Below, in pieces: positions 43,688 to 45,920 of a stretch of DNA of 45,920 nucleotides. This stretch comes from Burkholderiales bacterium (lineage in GTDB: Bacteria; Pseudomonadota; Gammaproteobacteria; Burkholderiales; Gallionellaceae): the NCBI GenBank assembly GCA_038241165.1, contig JBBRFZ010000001.1, positions 1-45,920 of the forward strand, read 5' to 3'. Made by a program: the position numbers and the translations under genes. Below the pieces are notes generated by a model. It worked only from the letters and a program-made list of their open reading frames with translations, made no database searches and was not told the origin of the DNA. The stretch's first letter is position 1; every line of letters starts with the position of its first letter.

Positions 43688-44010
43688 ATGAAGTCAATTA
43701 TTCGCTTAGGCACTTTGTTAATTTTTCTTACCATGTCAATTAACGTCAATGCAACAGACAATCCAACTTTGGACTTAGGAGAATTCAAAAAGAATCTCTA
43801 CGATGAAAATGCGTACAGTGAATGCGTTTTGAAAAACACCAAAGCCAATATGAGTCCTTATGCTGTAGGTCAAATACCGGTAGCTTGTGGCATTAAGGCG
43901 ACGCCGAAAAATGCCGCAACTTGAGCCCAAACGATGCTTGGTCGTGCGTAACTGAATGTAAATCAGCCAGCTTGTGGTCGCGCAAGTTTGGTGATTGCTC
44001 AACTGATTAG
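43688..44010 (+). pseudogene. Small secreted Cys-rich protein interrupted by a 1-bp frameshift in an A5 run
   Basis: GGAGG SD, signal peptide; adding one A at 43907-43911 extends the frame to TPKKCRNLSPNDAWSCVTECKSASLWSRKFGDCSTD* (TAG 44008-44010). Confidence 0.65.
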
Positions 44011-44015
44011 CCCGC

Positions 44016-44046
44016 GTAGGATGGGTTGAACAACGTGATATCCATC
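44016..44046 (+). repeat. REP of the RAYT-associated family
   Basis: GTAGGATGGGTTGAACAACGTGATATCCATC; first 14 nt identical to the REP at 3768. Confidence 0.75.
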
Positions 44047-44116
44047 GTTTTTTTCTACGAGGGACGTGTCGTATTTTTTGGCGTAGTATTACCTGACAAA
44101 ACTTTGGAGTATCACC

Positions 44117-44356
44117 ATGAATACAACGGCTCTCGAAATCCGCCCGGACTTGAAAACACAGCTCGATCATCTGGCAGAAGAAAGCCATCGCAGCGAAAGC
44201 GACTTGGCCAACGAGGCGGTGGCACTTTACCTTGCGCAACAGCGCCGCATTACCGCGCGCATTCAGGAAGGACTGGCTCAGGCAGAGCGCGGCGAATTCG
44301 TTTCGGATGAGGAAATGGAAGCGTTCTTCGCGCGTTATACCGAGCCACATGCATGA
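44117..44356 (+). CDS. CopG/RHH-type antitoxin
   Basis: IRPDLKTQLDHLAEESHRSES...IQEGLAQAERGEFVSDEE; ATGA overlap with the toxin gene. Confidence 0.82.
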   Translation: MNTTALEIRPDLKTQLDHLAEESHRSESDLANEAVALYLAQQRRITARIQEGLAQAERGEFVSDEEMEAFFARYTEPHA

Positions 44357-44643
44357 AACTGCGGTATACGCCGCGCGCCCGGTCCGACCTTGCAGAGATT
44401 TACGATTACATCGCGCGAGAAAATTCCGGTGCAGCGCGTCGCGTTATTCTGCTGATACGCAGGACTGCCGAGTCGTTAATGGAGAATCCTCAAACCGGAA
44501 GGCCGGGCTGGGTCGAGGGAACATGCGAACTGACGATTCCTCGTTTTCCTTTCATGGTCGCTTATCGAGCCGAGGAAACTGAGGTGCAAATTCTGGCGGT
44601 GATTCATACTGCAAGATTGTGGCCGGAAGATTTCCAGGAGTGA
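44353..44643 (+). CDS. RelE/ParE family toxin
   Basis: LRYTPRARSDLAEIYDYIA, P..GRPG.VEGT.EL, FMVAYR, ILAVIHTAR. Confidence 0.88.
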   Translation: MKLRYTPRARSDLAEIYDYIARENSGAARRVILLIRRTAESLMENPQTGRPGWVEGTCELTIPRFPFMVAYRAEETEVQILAVIHTARLWPEDFQE

Positions 44644-44670
44644 TTTTGTAAATCTTGTTACGAATTTATT

Positions 44671-45225
44671 ATGCCACTCACACCTTACCTCAATACCACG
44701 CCCGTACACGGTAACCGTGTTTACCTGCATCCCTCCTGCCAGGTCATCGGCAACGTGACGCTGGGGGACGACAGTTCCGTCTGGTGCAATACGGTGTTGC
44801 GCGGCGACGTTAACCGTATCGTGATCGGGCGGGGCAGCAATGTTCAGGATTTGACCATAGGGCATGTATCGCACAAGACACCGGAGTACCCGGACGGCTC
44901 GCCGATTATCGTCGGCGACTACGTTACCGTCGGTCACTCGGTAATCCTGCACGGTTGCACCGTAGGCAACGAGTGCCTGATCGGCATGGGTTCCATCATC
45001 ATGGACGATGCGGTCATTCCGGATCGGGTGATGATAGGCGCCGGTAGCCTGATCTCGCCGGGCAAGGTGCTGGAAAGCGGAATGCTGTACATGGGTCGTC
45101 CGGCCAAGGTGGTGCGGGCGTTGACTGGCGAAGAGGTCGCTTACCTGAAATATTCCGCCATGCATTACATCGAGCTGAAGGATAATTATCTGAAGGGTTT
45201 GCAATCATCGCCGGATGTCGTATGA
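44671..45225 (+). CDS. Gamma carbonic anhydrase family protein (YrdA-like)
   Basis: VLRGDVN, SNVQD, HVSH, VTVGHSVILHGC hexapeptide repeats. Confidence 0.9.
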   Translation: MPLTPYLNTTPVHGNRVYLHPSCQVIGNVTLGDDSSVWCNTVLRGDVNRIVIGRGSNVQDLTIGHVSHKTPEYPDGSPIIVGDYVTVGHSVILHGCTVGNECLIGMGSIIMDDAVIPDRVMIGAGSLISPGKVLESGMLYMGRPAKVVRALTGEEVAYLKYSAMHYIELKDNYLKGLQSSPDVV

Positions 45226-45536
45226 ACATGACTGCAAGCAATTATCAGGAAAATGTCCGCGCCAAGGTGAATCAGGAAACTGCGAAAATCGCATGGAAGG
45301 AACTGCAGCGCTTTTTCGCCGCCAGTATGGCGATCCAGGTGAGCGAAGAACTCGATCTGATCGAAGTGGCGTTCCAGGTGTCTGAAGATAACGCGACCCA
45401 GATCCGTGAATGGATGGAAAAGGGAAAATTCGGCAAGGTAAGCGATGAGCAGGCAGGCGCCTGGTTCGAGTGCGATGCGTTGCTGTGGGTCGTTGTGATC
45501 AGTCCGTGGGTGTTGGTGCAGCCGACTCGTAAATAG
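45222..45536 (+). CDS. DUF2288 family protein
   Basis: ETAKIAWKELQRFFA, LDLIEVA...DN, VVISPWVLVQ. Confidence 0.85.
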   Translation: MNMTASNYQENVRAKVNQETAKIAWKELQRFFAASMAIQVSEELDLIEVAFQVSEDNATQIREWMEKGKFGKVSDEQAGAWFECDALLWVVVISPWVLVQPTRK

Positions 45537-45545
45537 GGGATTCCA

Positions 45546-45920
45546 ATGTTATCGGGACATGGTTGGTTCTACTGGGCAATACTTTCCGCGGTATTTGCGG
45601 CGATGACGGCGATCTTCGCCAAGATCGGACTGGCAGGCGTCAATTCTGATTTTGCCACGCTGATACGCACCGTTGTGATTCTGGTGGTCTTGTCGGGATT
45701 TGTGTTCTATACGGGAAAGTGGAGCGACCCTTTTGCGCTCAACTCAAAAACGTTGCTGTTCCTGGCACTGTCGGGGTTGGCCACAGGTGCTTCCTGGGTT
45801 TGTTACTTTCGCGCATTGCAGTTGGGTGCAGCCTCCAAAGTCGCGCCGGTGGACAAATTCAGCCTGGTGCTGGTCGCGATCTTTGCGGTCATCTTCCTGA
45901 ACGAACGTCCCAGCATGCGG
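45546..45920 (+). CDS. EamA/DMT family small transporter (partial, runs off the window)
   Basis: Hand translation MLSGHGWFYWAILSAVFAAMTAIFAKIG...SGLATGASWVCYFRALQLG.ASKVAPVDKFS. Confidence 0.85.
   Translation, partial: MLSGHGWFYWAILSAVFAAMTAIFAKIGLAGVNSDFATLIRTVVILVVLSGFVFYTGKWSDPFALNSKTLLFLALSGLATGASWVCYFRALQLGAASKVAPVDKFSLVLVAIFAVIFLNERPSMR

Overview
Chromosomal window of a GC-rich (~55-60%) betaproteobacterium. Gene content and order (phosphoribulokinase, DsrC/TusE-like protein, holA-lptE-leuS, accBC-prmA) suggest an autotrophic Gallionellaceae/Nitrosomonadales organism; this assignment is inference. The backbone is housekeeping: msbA, apaH, gcvTHP with a tandem glycine riboswitch, aroQ-accB-accC-prmA, leuS-lptE-holA-cutA-dsbD, prk-uvrD, thrB, polA, pyrC. 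Accessory loci: (i) a REP-flanked RAYT with a broken HUH motif, sitting in a tandem duplication that repeats the 3' end of the neighbouring gene, next to a chimeric toxin remnant; (ii) a GT9-GtrA-ArnT-like-BNR hydrolase envelope operon; (iii) a frameshifted Cys-rich M15 peptidase with a secreted partner; (iv) an HNH / frameshifted secreted protein / REP / RelE-ParE hotspot after pyrC. The most unusual signals lie below gene scale: a third-position-recoded out-of-frame copy of the first 11 accC codons forming an upstream ORF, a ~50-bp hairpin mini-element found four times and always inside other repeats, in-frame palindromic insertions in leuS, polA and a kinase gene, and a low-GC patch inside leuS. 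No tRNA, rRNA or CRISPR array was seen. All calls come from reading the sequence; no database searches were run.
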